This document shows positions 47,997 through 57,984 of a stretch of 64,000 bases of DNA, piece by piece (within the stretch, counting starts at the first letter, position 1; every line of letters starts with the position of its first letter). The stretch covers positions 2,839-66,838 of the forward strand of contig JBOIDF010000001.1 of assembly GCA_050740455.1 (NCBI GenBank). The letters are read 5' to 3'. The translations under genes were made by a program, and so were the position numbers. The DNA is from Gammaproteobacteria bacterium. GTDB lineage: Bacteria > Pseudomonadota > Gammaproteobacteria > JACCXJ01. A model generated the notes under the pieces. That model was not told the origin of the DNA. It made no database searches and worked only from the letters and a program-made list of their open reading frames with translations.

Positions 47997-50900
47997 ATGA
48001 CGCTTAAGGCACGTAAAATATTGGTGAGGATCTTGTCCTGGAGCGCGCTGGCCGGGCTCGTAACCGTCGGGGCGCATTTCCTTGCCGAGGAAATGGATTC
48101 GTCGGCGCTCCAATCCCGCTATCTTTCTTCCTTAGGCACGCAACTGACTTATACCCTGGAACCGGGATCGAGCGCGCGAATTCGCTTTCCCGAGACCGGA
48201 CCCTATGATTTGCGGCTCGGTTATGTCGGCCTCCCGGCCTTTCTTAAGCGTCTGCGGCAGTTCGGTTACGAGATCAAAAGGCAAGCACGCTTCTCTCCCA
48301 TGCTGGAGCGGGTGTTCGACGCCGGATTGTTTACCGCCTACCGGGAGAAAACCCAGGGGGGGCTCCGGATCTTCGATCGCGACGATCGCCTGCTTTTCAA
48401 AGCGATGTACCCGGCGCGTGTCTACCCGGACTTCGGGTCGATTCCACCGCTCGTGCTGCACACCTTGCTTTACATCGAAAACCGGGAACTGCTGGATGAG
48501 AACAAGCGCCATAAGAATCCGGCGATAGAATGGGACCGCTTCGGACGGGCGGTGCTCGAAGGACTGGCGCAAAAACTGGGCGCCAATATCCATGTCACCG
48601 GGGGCAGCACGCTGGCCACACAACTGGAGAAATACCGTCATTCGCCGGGTGGCCAGACAGCTTCTGTCGGGGACAAGCTACGGCAGATGGCGAGCGCCTC
48701 GTTGCGCGCTTACCTCCAGAGTCCCGACACCTTCGAGTCCCGGCGCGGGATCGCGCTTGCCTATGTGAATACCGTCCCGCTCGCGGCCGCCCGCGGTTAC
48801 GGCGAAGTTCACGGCCTCGGCGATGGCCTGTGGGTCTGGTACGGCCAAGATTTTTCGGCGGTGAACGGTCTGTTGCGCGAGGAAGGTATCGGCGGCGCTG
48901 GGCTCGCGGAGCGGGCAGCCGCCTACCGCGACACACTGTCGCTGCTATTGGCCCAGCGGCGTCCAGCGTACTTCCTCGGGCGCGGTCATAAGGCGCTGCA
49001 ACGCTTAGCCGACAGCTACCTGCGGCTCCTAGCGACTGATGGGATCATCCCAGCCGCTTTGCGTGATGCCGCGCTCAGCAGACGCAACGTGCCGCACCAC
49101 GGACCGGTGGAGAAAGCGCAACGAAAATTTACCGATCATAAAACCGAGACCGTGCTTCGCTCTCGTTTAGCCCAGGCATTGGGTGTCTCGCGCTTGTACG
49201 ATCTGGATCGGCTGGATCTGAGCGCAAAAAGCACCATCGATAAATCAGCGCAGCAGGCCGTGACGCAGGCTTTGCGAAATCTTTCTGTTGCGGAACACGC
49301 CCACGCAGCGGGGCTCGTTGGGTTTCGCTTGTTTGGCGAAGGCAACGATTTAAGCCGTGTCGTGTATAGCATGATCCTATTCGAGCGCAGCCCGAAGGGT
49401 AATCTACTCCGGGTGCAGACCGATACTTACGCAAACCCGCTCGACATCAACGAGGGCGTGCGACTGGATCTCGGATCGACCGCCAAGCTGCGTACTCTAG
49501 TGCATTATCTCGAGCTCGTGGCCGAGGTGCATCGGCGCTACGCGGGCGGCAAGGGCAAGGAACTTAATAAGCCCGACGTTCATGCGCGCGACCGCCTATC
49601 GCAGTGGGTGGTCGACCAGTTGCGATCAAACCCGCATCTGACGCTCTCCGCGCTACTGGACGCCGCTTTGGAACGGCGGTATTCGGCCAACCCCGGGGAA
49701 CGATTTTTCACCGGCGGAGGGCTGCATAGTTTCGTCAATTTCAACGGCGCGGATAACGGCAAGATCCTGTCCGTCCGGGAGGGATTGCGCGATTCCGTAA
49801 ACCTTGTTTTTATCCGCATAATGCGCGACATCGTGCGTTACCATCTGTACAAACCCGGGGGCGTGGGACGTAAGACCGAATCCGCCGACGGCGAGTGGCG
49901 CCGCAAGTATCTTGAGCGTTTCGCCGACCAGGAGGGCCAAGTTTTTCTGCGCCGCTTCTATGCGAAGTACCGCGGCAAAAAACCGGGCCAAGTGATGGAC
50001 TTGCTCACCGAGAGCGTCTACCCTACCGCGGTGCGTCTGGCTACCGTCTATCGCTCGGTTTTTCCCGAGCGCACCTTGCGCGCGTTTAGCGGATACCTGC
50101 GCCGCCGCGTCGATGCTGCTCACCTTTCGGAGCGCAAGGTCAAACACCTCTATGATAAGTATTCTCCCGAACGCTACAACCTGCACGACCGCGGTTATAT
50201 AGCCCACATCCATCCGCTGGAGCTCTGGCTTGTGACTTACCTCGTAGCACATCCCGCCGCGCCCTTCGCGGACGTTGTTGCGGCGAGCACGCAACAACGC
50301 CAGGAGGTGTATCAATGGCTGTTTAAGACCCGCCGTCAGCATGCCCAGAACAAACGCATTCAAGGCCTGCTAGAAATAGAGGCTTTCGGAGACATTCACA
50401 GCGCCTGGCAACGCCTCGGATATCCGTTTCAGACCCTCACGCCTTCTTATGCTTGCGCTATCGGCGCCTCGGCGGATCGTCCCGGGGCGCTGGCGGAGCT
50501 CGTTGGGATCCTGCTTAATGGGGGCGTGCGCTATCCGACGGTCCGCTTCGAATCCCTGCACTTCGCGGCGGACACGCCTTATGAGACAGTTATCGAGCGG
50601 CCGCTCGCGCATGGACAAGCGGTGCTTGCGCCCGAGGTCGCGGCCGCGGCGCGCGCCGCGCTCATCGATGTGGTTGAGAACGGCACGGCGCAGAGGCTTA
50701 AGGGGGCAATTAAAGACGCTCACGGCGTACCATTGGTTGTCGCCGGCAAGACCGGCACCGGCGATCATCGCCGAGACGTTTATGGCGCGGGCGGACGCTT
50801 GATCGAGTCGCGCGTTCTAAACCGCACGGCGACCTTCGCCTTTACGCTTGGCGAACGGTTCTTCGGCGCCATCACCGCGTTTGTGTCGGGTCCGGAAGCG

Positions 50901-51068
50901 GCACGTTATCGCTTTACGAGCGCGCTACCGGTGCAGGTTTTGAAATCCCTTGCGCCGATCCTAGAGCCTGTCATCGCGCGCGGAGAGCCTGCGGCAGTTC
51001 GGGGAATCCTCGCCACTAAAGATAACCCATCGGTGCAGGCGATGATCAAGGGAGCGCACGAAGGTTAA
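47997..51068 (+). CDS. Large class-A-PBP-like protein (divergent GT51 transglycosylase + transpeptidase motifs), 1023 aa
   Basis: N-terminal TM helix, a GGSTLATQLEKY GT51 motif, a later STAK (SxxK) and AGKTGTG (KTG) motif. Confidence 0.6.
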   Translation: MTLKARKILVRILSWSALAGLVTVGAHFLAEEMDSSALQSRYLSSLGTQLTYTLEPGSSARIRFPETGPYDLRLGYVGLPAFLKRLRQFGYEIKRQARFSPMLERVFDAGLFTAYREKTQGGLRIFDRDDRLLFKAMYPARVYPDFGSIPPLVLHTLLYIENRELLDENKRHKNPAIEWDRFGRAVLEGLAQKLGANIHVTGGSTLATQLEKYRHSPGGQTASVGDKLRQMASASLRAYLQSPDTFESRRGIALAYVNTVPLAAARGYGEVHGLGDGLWVWYGQDFSAVNGLLREEGIGGAGLAERAAAYRDTLSLLLAQRRPAYFLGRGHKALQRLADSYLRLLATDGIIPAALRDAALSRRNVPHHGPVEKAQRKFTDHKTETVLRSRLAQALGVSRLYDLDRLDLSAKSTIDKSAQQAVTQALRNLSVAEHAHAAGLVGFRLFGEGNDLSRVVYSMILFERSPKGNLLRVQTDTYANPLDINEGVRLDLGSTAKLRTLVHYLELVAEVHRRYAGGKGKELNKPDVHARDRLSQWVVDQLRSNPHLTLSALLDAALERRYSANPGERFFTGGGLHSFVNFNGADNGKILSVREGLRDSVNLVFIRIMRDIVRYHLYKPGGVGRKTESADGEWRRKYLERFADQEGQVFLRRFYAKYRGKKPGQVMDLLTESVYPTAVRLATVYRSVFPERTLRAFSGYLRRRVDAAHLSERKVKHLYDKYSPERYNLHDRGYIAHIHPLELWLVTYLVAHPAAPFADVVAASTQQRQEVYQWLFKTRRQHAQNKRIQGLLEIEAFGDIHSAWQRLGYPFQTLTPSYACAIGASADRPGALAELVGILLNGGVRYPTVRFESLHFAADTPYETVIERPLAHGQAVLAPEVAAAARAALIDVVENGTAQRLKGAIKDAHGVPLVVAGKTGTGDHRRDVYGAGGRLIESRVLNRTATFAFTLGERFFGAITAFVSGPEAARYRFTSALPVQVLKSLAPILEPVIARGEPAAVRGILATKDNPSVQAMIKGAHEG

Positions 51069-51258
51069 GCTGCGCTCCGCGCGATTGGCGCCCGTGTCGA
51101 AACGTCGAGCGCGCGAATTCGCGTACATTCACGCCGCGCTACATGCGCGGTTTTTCGCGGCTTCGTGGCATGACCCGCGAAATACTGCGGGAGTTGTGGA
51201 CGGTTGGTCGGATCGCTCGACCCATCGTTCCATGCGACAGGAGGCGAGCTAAAACTAA

Positions 51259-51402
51259 GGAAGCTCTGCAAAAGTGTCGCGAGCAAGCTCAAATGCGCGA
51301 AGCCGCGGAGCGAGTCGCGAGACATATCAGTTAGATAGGCGAGCGACGAGCGAGCACGCGACAAAGCAGATGGGCTGCGCAGTAACTTTTGCAGAGCTTC
51401 CC
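51259..51402 (+). mobile_element. MITE (same family), copy D
   Basis: Terminal inverted repeats GGAAGCTCTGCAAAAG / CTTTTGCAGAGCTTCC. The core is ~90% identical to copy B. Confidence 0.85.
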
Positions 51403-51525
51403 TAAGTGTCCCGGCAAATGAATTGCTTAGCTGAGGTTGGGCGACACGGACATGCTCCTGGCACGCAAATAGCGTGAATCCCTATGAGAGCACAAGAAGC
51501 CTTGACCACATTAGAGGAAATCACA

Positions 51526-51699
51526 ATGGCGAATCTGAATGAACGCTTCGGAGAGATAGAGTCTGCTCACGTCCAACACGTAAGCCGGGAAGACACGCTC
51601 GTTAACTGGTCCCTGGATGATTTCTCAGACATCGTGCCCATGTCGTTGCTCCGTGACGACAGCAGTTTGATGAAAGTCCCTGACGAATCCACCCACTGA
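51526..51699 (+). CDS. Small acidic hypothetical protein (57 aa)
   Basis: GAGGA RBS 8 nt upstream of the ATG. No domain recognised. Confidence 0.35.
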   Translation: MANLNERFGEIESAHVQHVSREDTLVNWSLDDFSDIVPMSLLRDDSSLMKVPDESTH

Positions 51700-51721
51700 T
51701 ATTCTGTGACCGGAGAGCCCC

Positions 51722-51925
51722 ATGACACGGACACAAGCTGTAGCGGTAGACGAAATCCGGCTCTCCCGGCTGATCGACCAACGCTACGGCGACGGGCAAA
51801 TCTATCTGAAGGACGCCAATGAACAACCCGTTCTACAGGCGGCTATTTACTTGGGACTGGTGAGTGAAGAGGGCTACATGACCCGCCACGGCAAACGGTT
51901 ATGGGCCCAGCATATGGGCGGCTAG
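51722..51925 (+). CDS. Small hypothetical protein (67 aa)
   Basis: GGAGAG RBS. It is co-directional with, and 22 nt after, the previous small ORF. Confidence 0.35.
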   Translation: MTRTQAVAVDEIRLSRLIDQRYGDGQIYLKDANEQPVLQAAIYLGLVSEEGYMTRHGKRLWAQHMGG

Positions 51926-52097
51926 TGCGCCTTACGGTAAGCGTCGTAACCATGGATGACATCTAGCGTACTTGTAGACTGACGGTCGATCCGATGATGT
52001 CGTAACGGGAGGTCCGTCATGACAAGCGAGTCGATCGCGAGGCAGGGGAGGCGCGTACCCGGTGGCGGCAACCCCCGGATTGATCAATAGTAATCCC

Positions 52098-52358
52098 ATG
52101 AACGACATGGTGCCGACTTTGCCGGTAACTGCCGTACTGGACGTAATGGGTTTAAAGTGCCCATTGCCGTTGCTCAAGACCAAAGTCGAGCTGAACCGGA
52201 TTCAGCCGGGGCAAATCCTGCGGGTCTTGGCGACCGATCCCATGGCGGTCGTGGACCTGCGGGCGTTTTGTGTACGCAGTGGACACGAGATGCTGCGTTG
52301 GGACGAGCGCGGACGGGTGTGGGAATTTTTCATCCGTAAAGCGGCGAGCGATTCATAA
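52098..52358 (+). CDS. tusA: TusA-family sulfurtransferase
   Basis: ..LDVMGLKCPLPLLKTK.. contains the CPxP motif. Confidence 0.8.
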   Translation: MNDMVPTLPVTAVLDVMGLKCPLPLLKTKVELNRIQPGQILRVLATDPMAVVDLRAFCVRSGHEMLRWDERGRVWEFFIRKAASDS

Positions 52359-52850
52359 CGATCGCGAAACGCTTGTTCGTTTCTTTTTGAAACAAAAAAC
52401 AACGAGCAAAAACTTCTTGGCCTGCGCGTAAATCCCGGGCTGCTTGCTTTCTCGCGGTCCGGCCACGTTTAACACCTGGATGCGGTTTTCCGCCATCCAT
52501 CCGTGAATAATCTCGGTTCCCGGTGGGTGTTGCAGGTCAATGATTATACTCGGTTTGCTGTTGCGAGCCGCCCATCGTGCCGTCAGCGCCGTACCACCGT
52601 CCATTACATCACGTATCAGAATAAGGGTCCCGTCCGCATCGAGCACGTTGCGTTCGGTGCGGTCTCCATAGCGCTCGGAATCAAGCTCACGTAGAGGGTA
52701 ATGTGCCGGAATGCGTCCATCTTCCGCACGCCTCCCGCGCGGGCACCAGCCTCCGCAAGGGATCCCCAATTCCAGGGCGGTATCGAGGGCCGCACGGTCG
52801 ACGCCTGTCTGGCCACCCGATAGGATGCGCATGATGTCCGGTTTTTTCAT
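52353..52850 (-). CDS. Rossmann-like SLOG / putative molybdenum-carrier family protein
   Basis: N-terminal ..ILSGGQTGVDRAALDTALELGIPCGGWCPRGR.. signature. It has an odd Lys/Phe-rich C-terminal tail. Confidence 0.5.
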   Translation of the reverse strand: MKKPDIMRILSGGQTGVDRAALDTALELGIPCGGWCPRGRRAEDGRIPAHYPLRELDSERYGDRTERNVLDADGTLILIRDVMDGGTALTARWAARNSKPSIIIDLQHPPGTEIIHGWMAENRIQVLNVAGPRESKQPGIYAQAKKFLLVVFCFKKKRTSVSRSL

Positions 52851-53045
52851 GCCGCGAATGCCGTATCGCTTTTACAATGGTTCGTTTAAGGTGGTATCTT
52901 CACGTTATCATAGGCAGGCGGAATTCTTGATGGAACGGGCGCAAAGGCTTGTTCCGGGAAATTAACGGCAAAGAATCGGCGCGTTGTGTGGGCGGCGAGC
53001 AGAGCGGATTGAAGAGAACCGAATCAACGAAACACGAGCGGAAGC

Positions 53046-53441
53046 ATGAGTAATATTCCCGAGGACCGTAAGTACACCTCCAGTCACGAATGGGTAAAAC
53101 CACTCGATGACGGTACGATGCGGATCGGCATTACCGATCATGCCCAGCAGGCGTTAGGCGATATGGTGTTCGTAGAGTTACCGGAAGTCGGCGGGGCTTA
53201 TCCGGCCACGGCGGAATGCGCCGTTGTGGAATCGGTAAAGTCGGCATCGGATCTTTACTGTCCGCTGTCCGGCGAAATCGTGGAGGTGAATGAGGCGCTC
53301 AATCAAAGTCCGGAAATCGTCAACCGTGATCCCTACGGCGAAGGCTGGATCTTTCGGCTCAAACCAGATGACGTGAATGAGATGAATCGTCTTTTGGATC
53401 CCGACGAATACGCCGACGGACTGAAAGACGAGCAACATTAG
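53046..53441 (+). CDS. gcvH: Glycine-cleavage H-protein-like lipoyl carrier, standalone (LbpA-like candidate)
   Basis: ..[11 protein letters not shown].. is the lipoyl-lysine motif; 131 aa. No gcvT/gcvP are adjacent. Confidence 0.8.
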   Translation: MSNIPEDRKYTSSHEWVKPLDDGTMRIGITDHAQQALGDMVFVELPEVGGAYPATAECAVVESVKSASDLYCPLSGEIVEVNEALNQSPEIVNRDPYGEGWIFRLKPDDVNEMNRLLDPDEYADGLKDEQH

Positions 53442-53579
53442 AACTGATTACCACGAGCTCGTCACGGCCCCGGCAGCGATTTGATGAGCAAGCCTTGAAA
53501 TCGCCCGAGTGCGGACCTCCTCGCGATAAGATCGCGTGGACCGTGAGGTACCTCAACGACCCGTCAGGAGCATGAATAA

Positions 53580-54077
53580 ATGGCAACGATTACTTTCAAG
53601 GGCGCCCCGATACATACCAACGGCAATTTACCGGCGGTCGGCAGCCAGGCCCCCGATTTCACCCTCGTAGACAGCGCGCTGAATGATGTCACGTTGGCGA
53701 CATACCAGGGCAAGAAGAAACTACTGAATATCTTTCCAAGCCTCGACACACCCGTGTGCGCCGCGTCCACGAAGCGTTTTAACGACGCGGCGAAAGGCTA
53801 CGGCGATGTGGTCTTTTTGATGATCTCGGCGGATCTACCGTTCGCAATGACGCGCTTTTGTAAGGCGGAAGCGACAGCTAACGTGATCCCCCTCTCTTTG
53901 ATGCGATCGCGAGCCTTCGCTCGGGACTACGGTGTTTTGATCGAGGACGGTCCTCTTGCAGGAGTCACGGCGCGGGCTGTCGTGGTCCTGGATGGACACG
54001 ACCGGGTTATATTCACACAGCTTGTCCCCGAAATCGCCCACGAGCCGGATTACGATCGCGCGTTGGCAGCACTTTAG
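53580..54077 (+). CDS. tpx: Thiol peroxidase (atypical 2-Cys peroxiredoxin)
   Basis: ..PSLDTPVCAAST.. contains the peroxidatic Cys. Confidence 0.85.
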   Translation: MATITFKGAPIHTNGNLPAVGSQAPDFTLVDSALNDVTLATYQGKKKLLNIFPSLDTPVCAASTKRFNDAAKGYGDVVFLMISADLPFAMTRFCKAEATANVIPLSLMRSRAFARDYGVLIEDGPLAGVTARAVVVLDGHDRVIFTQLVPEIAHEPDYDRALAAL

Positions 54078-54357
54078 AAAGCGGTTCGCCCTTTTCACTA
54101 CTATCGCGCCGCTTGCGAGCACTTTAGCCTTGGGGTTGCCAAGAACCTGACGCCCCAGGACCTGCGCGGCTAGCGCGGGCACCTCGTGTCCATCATTACC
54201 GGATCCCCGGTCCAGACGGTCGTTATTAAATATAGCTATATAAACATAGAAATATATTCTTTTGACGAACCTATCTTCCGCGCTACAGTGCTCGCAATGA
54301 TAGCCGCCATGGGAACCGACGACCGCATCACGTTACTTTGGACCGGAGATCCCTACC

Positions 54358-54546
54358 CTGCAAGGCAATCGCGCTAAGGTCCCCCTTGGGAGCGGTCAAA
54401 CCTCGTCTCTCTCAGTCGAGGACATCCGTTTCGCGCTTCAGGGGCTTCACTACGGCGCCGTGGAGATCACCGTCCACAACGGACAAATCGTGCAGATCGA
54501 GCGCAAGGAAAAGCTCCGTGCTTCCTCCGCCCCTGCAAGACAGTAA
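54358..54546 (+). CDS. YezD/DUF2292-like small protein; start codon unresolved
   Basis: The ..IRFALQGLHYGAVEITVHNGQIVQIERKEKLR.. frame is open from 54304 but holds no ATG/GTG/TTG. Candidate starts are CTG at 54358 or ATC at 54349; alternatively, a +1 slip from the overlapping 54186-54377 ORF. Confidence 0.35.
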   Translation: MQGNRAKVPLGSGQTSSLSVEDIRFALQGLHYGAVEITVHNGQIVQIERKEKLRASSAPARQ

Positions 54547-54667
54547 AACGGAGCTGACCAGACCGGCCTATTAACCCCACCAGTTAACTGGAGGTAATTA
54601 CAGCTAGCATTTAACCAGGAGCCGACCGGGCCACCGGAGGTTCTCGTGAAAATAGGAGATTATTTCT

Positions 54668-56089
54668 ATGAGAAACTCCACGCTCACCCTCCTGGGCGGG
54701 CTCGCCACGGGTTTTCATGCTTCGCTCGCCGCGGAGGAAGCCATTCCGCCCGCAGTACAGCAGCGCATCGACGAGCTCGACCTCAAGGTACGGACGCTCG
54801 AGCGGCGGCTCGAGGTCGAGCAGGAAGTCAAGCTCGCCGAGACGGCGAAACAGACGGCCACCATGTCCGCGGGCGCCGATGGCTTCGCTCTTAAATCGAC
54901 CGACGGCGCCTTTCAGTTGAAGCTGCGCGGTGTGCTGCATGCAGACGGCCGGTATTTTTTCGAGGACGAAGACCGAACGAACGGCGACACCTATTTGCTC
55001 CGCCGCGCCCGCCCGATCCTGGAAGGCACGGTCTTCAAGATCTTCGACTTCCGCTTCATGCCGGATTTCGCAGGTGGCCGGACGGTTATCCAGGATGCCT
55101 GGCTGGACGGTCGTTTCCTGCCGTGGCTGCAGCTCAGAGGTGGCAAGTTCAAGACGCCTTTCGGTATCGAACGGTTGCAGTCGGCAACAGCAATTCGGTT
55201 CGTCGAGCGCGCATTTCCCAATAACCTGGTTCCTAATCGCGACATCGGCGTCGAGCTGCATGGCGATTTTGGCCAGGGGATCGTGAGCTATTCGCTGGCG
55301 TGGTTGAACGGGGTCAACGATGGGCGCTCGAGCGAGGACTTCGGCGATGTGGACAACAACATCGACAAGGATCTCGCGGCCCGGATCTTCGCCCATCCCT
55401 TTCTGCAAAGCGATTTCGTGCCCCTGCAAGGTCTCGGGTTAGGCTTCGCGGTGAGCTACGTCGATGCCCGCGGCAGCACCGCCTCGCCCAATCTGCCTGA
55501 CTACCGGACCTCGGGCCAGCAGAGGTTTTTCTCGTATCGCACCAGCGCGACCAATCCAGCCAGCAACACCTTCGCCGACGGCGAGCGGCTCAGGCTCTCA
55601 CCTCAAGGTTACTACTACTATGGGCCTTGGGGGTTGCTCGCCGAATACGTCACCGTTTCGCAAGATGTCGACCGGGCGGTAGGCGCCACAATCCGTGAAG
55701 AAGATCTCCGTCACGACGCCTGGCAGATCGCGGGGAGTTATGTCCTGACCGGCGAGGAATCGACCTATAAGGGCGTGCAGTCCACGCGTCCGTTCTCGAT
55801 CGAAAACGGACATTGGGGCGCCTTCGAAATCAAAGCCCGCTACAGCGAGCTGGACCTCGACGAGGACACCTTCGCGGGCGGCGCCGATTCATTCGCCGAT
55901 CCCACCACGGCCGTGGAACAAGCGTCGGCCTGGGCCGTGGGCTTGAACTGGTATCTCAATCAAAACGTCAAGTTTGTGGTCGACTACGAGCACACGGTGT
56001 TCGACGGCGGTGGCGGCGGCACCGCGGACTTCCCGCGCGATCGGGAGGATGAAAACGTCGTCCTCAGCCGGGTCCAACTCGCTTTTTGA
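54668..56089 (+). CDS. OprO/OprP-family anion-selective porin
   Basis: 473 aa with a signal peptide, an N-terminal coiled-coil segment and the porin O/P body (..LRRARPILEGTVFKIFDFRFMPDF..). Confidence 0.7.
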   Translation: MRNSTLTLLGGLATGFHASLAAEEAIPPAVQQRIDELDLKVRTLERRLEVEQEVKLAETAKQTATMSAGADGFALKSTDGAFQLKLRGVLHADGRYFFEDEDRTNGDTYLLRRARPILEGTVFKIFDFRFMPDFAGGRTVIQDAWLDGRFLPWLQLRGGKFKTPFGIERLQSATAIRFVERAFPNNLVPNRDIGVELHGDFGQGIVSYSLAWLNGVNDGRSSEDFGDVDNNIDKDLAARIFAHPFLQSDFVPLQGLGLGFAVSYVDARGSTASPNLPDYRTSGQQRFFSYRTSATNPASNTFADGERLRLSPQGYYYYGPWGLLAEYVTVSQDVDRAVGATIREEDLRHDAWQIAGSYVLTGEESTYKGVQSTRPFSIENGHWGAFEIKARYSELDLDEDTFAGGADSFADPTTAVEQASAWAVGLNWYLNQNVKFVVDYEHTVFDGGGGGTADFPRDREDENVVLSRVQLAF

Positions 56090-56119
56090 TCTATCCCAAT
56101 AAAGCCAAGGAGAAATGCT

Positions 56120-57136
56120 ATGTCTACAAGAGAAGGTTTGCTCGCACTGACCGTCACCACCTTAGTGTTATCGCTGATCAACCCGCTAGCATCCTGGGCT
56201 AAGGAGATCAGTTTGCTCAACGTCTCCTATGATCCGACGCGCGAGCTGTACCAGGAGTATAACGCCGCGTTCGCGAAACACTGGCAGGAAAAGACCGGCG
56301 ATACCGTGACCGTGCAGCAGTCGCATGGCGGCTCCGGTAAGCAGGCACGCGCCGTCATCGACGGGCTCGAGGCGGACGTGGTGACCCTGGCTCTCGCCTA
56401 CGACATCGATGCCATCGCCGAGAAATCGGGCTTCATCCGCAAAAACTGGCAATCCGATCTACCGGGCTCGAGTTCCCCCTACACCTCCACGATCGCCTTT
56501 CTGGTGCGTAAGGGTAATCCCAAGGGGATCAAGGACTGGGATGACCTCGTTAAGCCCGGCGTTTCGGTGATCACGCCGAATCCCAAGACCTCCGGAAGCG
56601 CCCGCTGGAATTACCTCGGCGCCTGGGGTTACGCCTTGTTGAAATCGAATCGTGACGAAGCCAAGGCCAAAGACTTCATCGCCAAGCTCTATAAGAACGT
56701 GCCGGTGCTCGATACCGGGGCGCGCGGCGCCACCACCACCTTTGTCCAACGTGGCATCGGAGATGTGCTTATCAACTGGGAGAATGAGATTCTGCTGGCC
56801 GGCAAGGAGTTAGGCCCGGATAAGTTCGACATCGTCGTGCCGCCAAGCAGTATCCTGGCCGAGCCTACGGTCGCCGTGGTCGAAAAGGTCGCGGACAAGC
56901 ACGGCACGATCGAGGCCGCGCGCGCCTATCTTGAGTATCTCTACACCAAGGAAGGCCAGGACATCGTCGCCAAGCACTTTTACCGGCCGGTGGATGCGGA
57001 GGTCGCGGCCAAATACGCCTCCCAGTTCCCGAAGCTGACGCTGTTTACGCTCGCGGAAATAGTGGGCGATTGGAAGAAAACCAATCAGGTCCACTTCGCC
57101 GATGGCGGGGTGTTCGATCAGATCTACGGACAGTGA
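56120..57136 (+). CDS. sbp: Sulfate/thiosulfate ABC transporter substrate-binding protein
   Basis: 338 aa. ..[32 protein letters not shown].. is typical of Sbp/CysP. Confidence 0.85.
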   Translation: MSTREGLLALTVTTLVLSLINPLASWAKEISLLNVSYDPTRELYQEYNAAFAKHWQEKTGDTVTVQQSHGGSGKQARAVIDGLEADVVTLALAYDIDAIAEKSGFIRKNWQSDLPGSSSPYTSTIAFLVRKGNPKGIKDWDDLVKPGVSVITPNPKTSGSARWNYLGAWGYALLKSNRDEAKAKDFIAKLYKNVPVLDTGARGATTTFVQRGIGDVLINWENEILLAGKELGPDKFDIVVPPSSILAEPTVAVVEKVADKHGTIEAARAYLEYLYTKEGQDIVAKHFYRPVDAEVAAKYASQFPKLTLFTLAEIVGDWKKTNQVHFADGGVFDQIYGQ

Positions 57137-57191
57137 GCAAAGCAATAGAGGGCTTTAGCCATTAACCCGTCCAAGACTGAGGAGAAACTCT

Positions 57192-57353
57192 TATGACTGA
57201 TTTTATATGGGGCTTTATTCTGGGTCTGCTCGTTAGCAGCTTCGGCGTCTTTCTCACGCTGGCCCTAGCGTACGTCGGCGCGCGTGCGGATGCAGACGAG
57301 TTGGCCGATTGGCGCAGCCTGGGCACAGAGGACGATTGGGTATGGATCGGTTA
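57192..57353 (+). CDS. Small membrane protein (53 aa), not in the ORF track
   Basis: GAGGAGAAACTCTT-ATG RBS. MTDFIWGFILGLLVSSFGVFLTLALAYVG.. is a single TM helix. It sits between sbp and mop. Confidence 0.4.
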
Positions 57354-57621
57354 GAGGTGCTCAACCGCAATGCGGTGCGGCCAGATCATACGCTCCTGCC
57401 TCCACCACCTCCCCGGTCCGCTCGGGCCGGGGTCTTTTAAGCGTGAGGGGAGCTATGGGAATCGCCGTCGCGCGGATGCCGGGATGGGCCGCGAGTTTTC
57501 TTAGGGTGCGGTAAGCACATGCGGAGCAGGCGGCGGATAGCTCGTGGAGACGAGCATCAGTAAGCGGTTGCATGATCAGTGCTGCCACGTGAGTTTAACT
57601 TAGATAATAGAGGTATATATC

Positions 57622-57837
57622 ATGACCATTAAAGCGATCAATGTACGCAATCAGTTTCGCGGCAAGATCAAGGAGATCGTCGAAGGACCGGTGCTCTCGG
57701 AGGTGGATGTCGAAACGCCGTCCGGAATAGTGACCTCAGTGATCACCTCACGCTCGATCGCAGAGCTCGATCTCAAGGTGGGGTCGAAGGTGCTGGCGCT
57801 GGTGAAATCGACCGAAGTGGCACTTGCGAAACTATAG
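57622..57837 (+). CDS. mop: TOBE-domain molybdate/anion-binding protein (Mop-like)
   Basis: 71 aa. MTIKAINVRNQFRGKIKEI.. is typical of a TOBE domain. Confidence 0.75.
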   Translation: MTIKAINVRNQFRGKIKEIVEGPVLSEVDVETPSGIVTSVITSRSIAELDLKVGSKVLALVKSTEVALAKL

Positions 57838-57984
57838 GATGAATTCCCAGCGTAGCGGGGGGGGGCAGCCGCCGGTCCGCTCGATTCCATCCGCGGACCG
57901 CACTAACGCAACACCCTAGGAGGCTTACCATGCAACCCCGGCCAGCCAGCACACAGCGGACACCCAAGCGGTAGGAGGAGCAGC

